NCBI GenBank assembly: GCA_052279835.1
Contig: CP181291.1
Span: forward strand, 3,008,001 to 3,072,000
DNA length: 64,000 nucleotides
Direction: 5' to 3'
Source: Microcoleus sp.
GTDB taxonomy: Bacteria > Cyanobacteriota > Cyanobacteriia > Cyanobacteriales > Microcoleaceae
This document shows positions 63,640-64,000 of the stretch, piece by piece. Position numbers and translations under genes: made by a program. Positions within the stretch are counted from its first letter, which is position 1, and every line of letters starts with the position of its first letter. The notes beneath the pieces were generated by a model, which searched no databases, had not been told where the DNA came from, and was given only the letters and a program-made list of their open reading frames with translations.

Positions 63640-64000
63640 ATGTCAGACGACTTTTCCCTAGACGACCTTTTAAACAACAGCTACGATGCTTTCAAAGACG
63701 CAGAAAATAACGTGGGACAGTGCAATGTTTTAGTCATCGGTAAAACAGGCGTAGGCAAAAGTACCCTGATTAATGCTGTGTTTCGCCAGCGCTTAGCAGA
63801 AACCGGAGTCGGCCGCCCCGTCACTCACGGTATTCGCCAATATACCAAGCCAAATTGCCCGATCGCAGTTTACGACACTCCCGGACTCGAACTCAATGCC
63901 GAACAAATTAAAATTATTCAATTAAACGTTGCTAAACTAATTGAAGACCAAAGACTCCTGCACCCCAAAGAACACATACACGTCATCTGGTACTGCATCA
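63640..64000 (+). CDS. GTPase domain protein (runs off window)
   Basis: NVLVIGKTGVGKSTLINAVF, TGVGRPVT, YDTPGLE. Confidence 0.85.
   Translation, partial: MSDDFSLDDLLNNSYDAFKDAENNVGQCNVLVIGKTGVGKSTLINAVFRQRLAETGVGRPVTHGIRQYTKPNCPIAVYDTPGLELNAEQIKIIQLNVAKLIEDQRLLHPKEHIHVIWYCI

Overview
Chromosomal window from a filamentous cyanobacterium (Oscillatoriales-like: dense HIP1 GCGATCGC, heptamer tandem repeats, apcE, cyanobacterial atp1 operon). The housekeeping backbone (ABC transporters, ribD, tRNA-Ser(GCT), aroE, yggT, alr, mscS, patatin, apcE with a 1-nt frameshift, moaA, narM, ATP synthase I/a/c/b'/b/delta/alpha/gamma) is interleaved with three accessory regions. These are about 18.7-25.7 kb (IS630 inside an RTX gene, NB-ARC/WD40, LuxR), about 37.3-44.7 kb (MNT-HEPN fusion, NTPase-TPR, a duplicated structured leader, a TA-like pair) and about 53.2-63.6 kb. 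The best candidate for an undescribed system is a five-gene operon at 55453-60535. It encodes a membrane coiled-coil protein, an FtsK/SpoIIIE-type ATPase, a 72-aa helical protein, a toxin-like protein and a MafI-like immunity protein. The first 72 aa of the toxin-like protein are a gap-free paralogue of the 72-aa protein (both end in SRWG), and its C-terminus looks like a PD-(D/E)xK nuclease. This is the architecture of a type VII/ESX-like polymorphic toxin system, here in a diderm cyanobacterium. Just upstream is an array of three ~270-bp XRE repressor + divergent promoter/operator cassettes bounded by HIP1-like sites. Small palindromic repeats are pervasive, including in-frame insertions in three genes and multiply nested MITE/IS elements. 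Family assignments come from motif recognition by eye; no database search was run.
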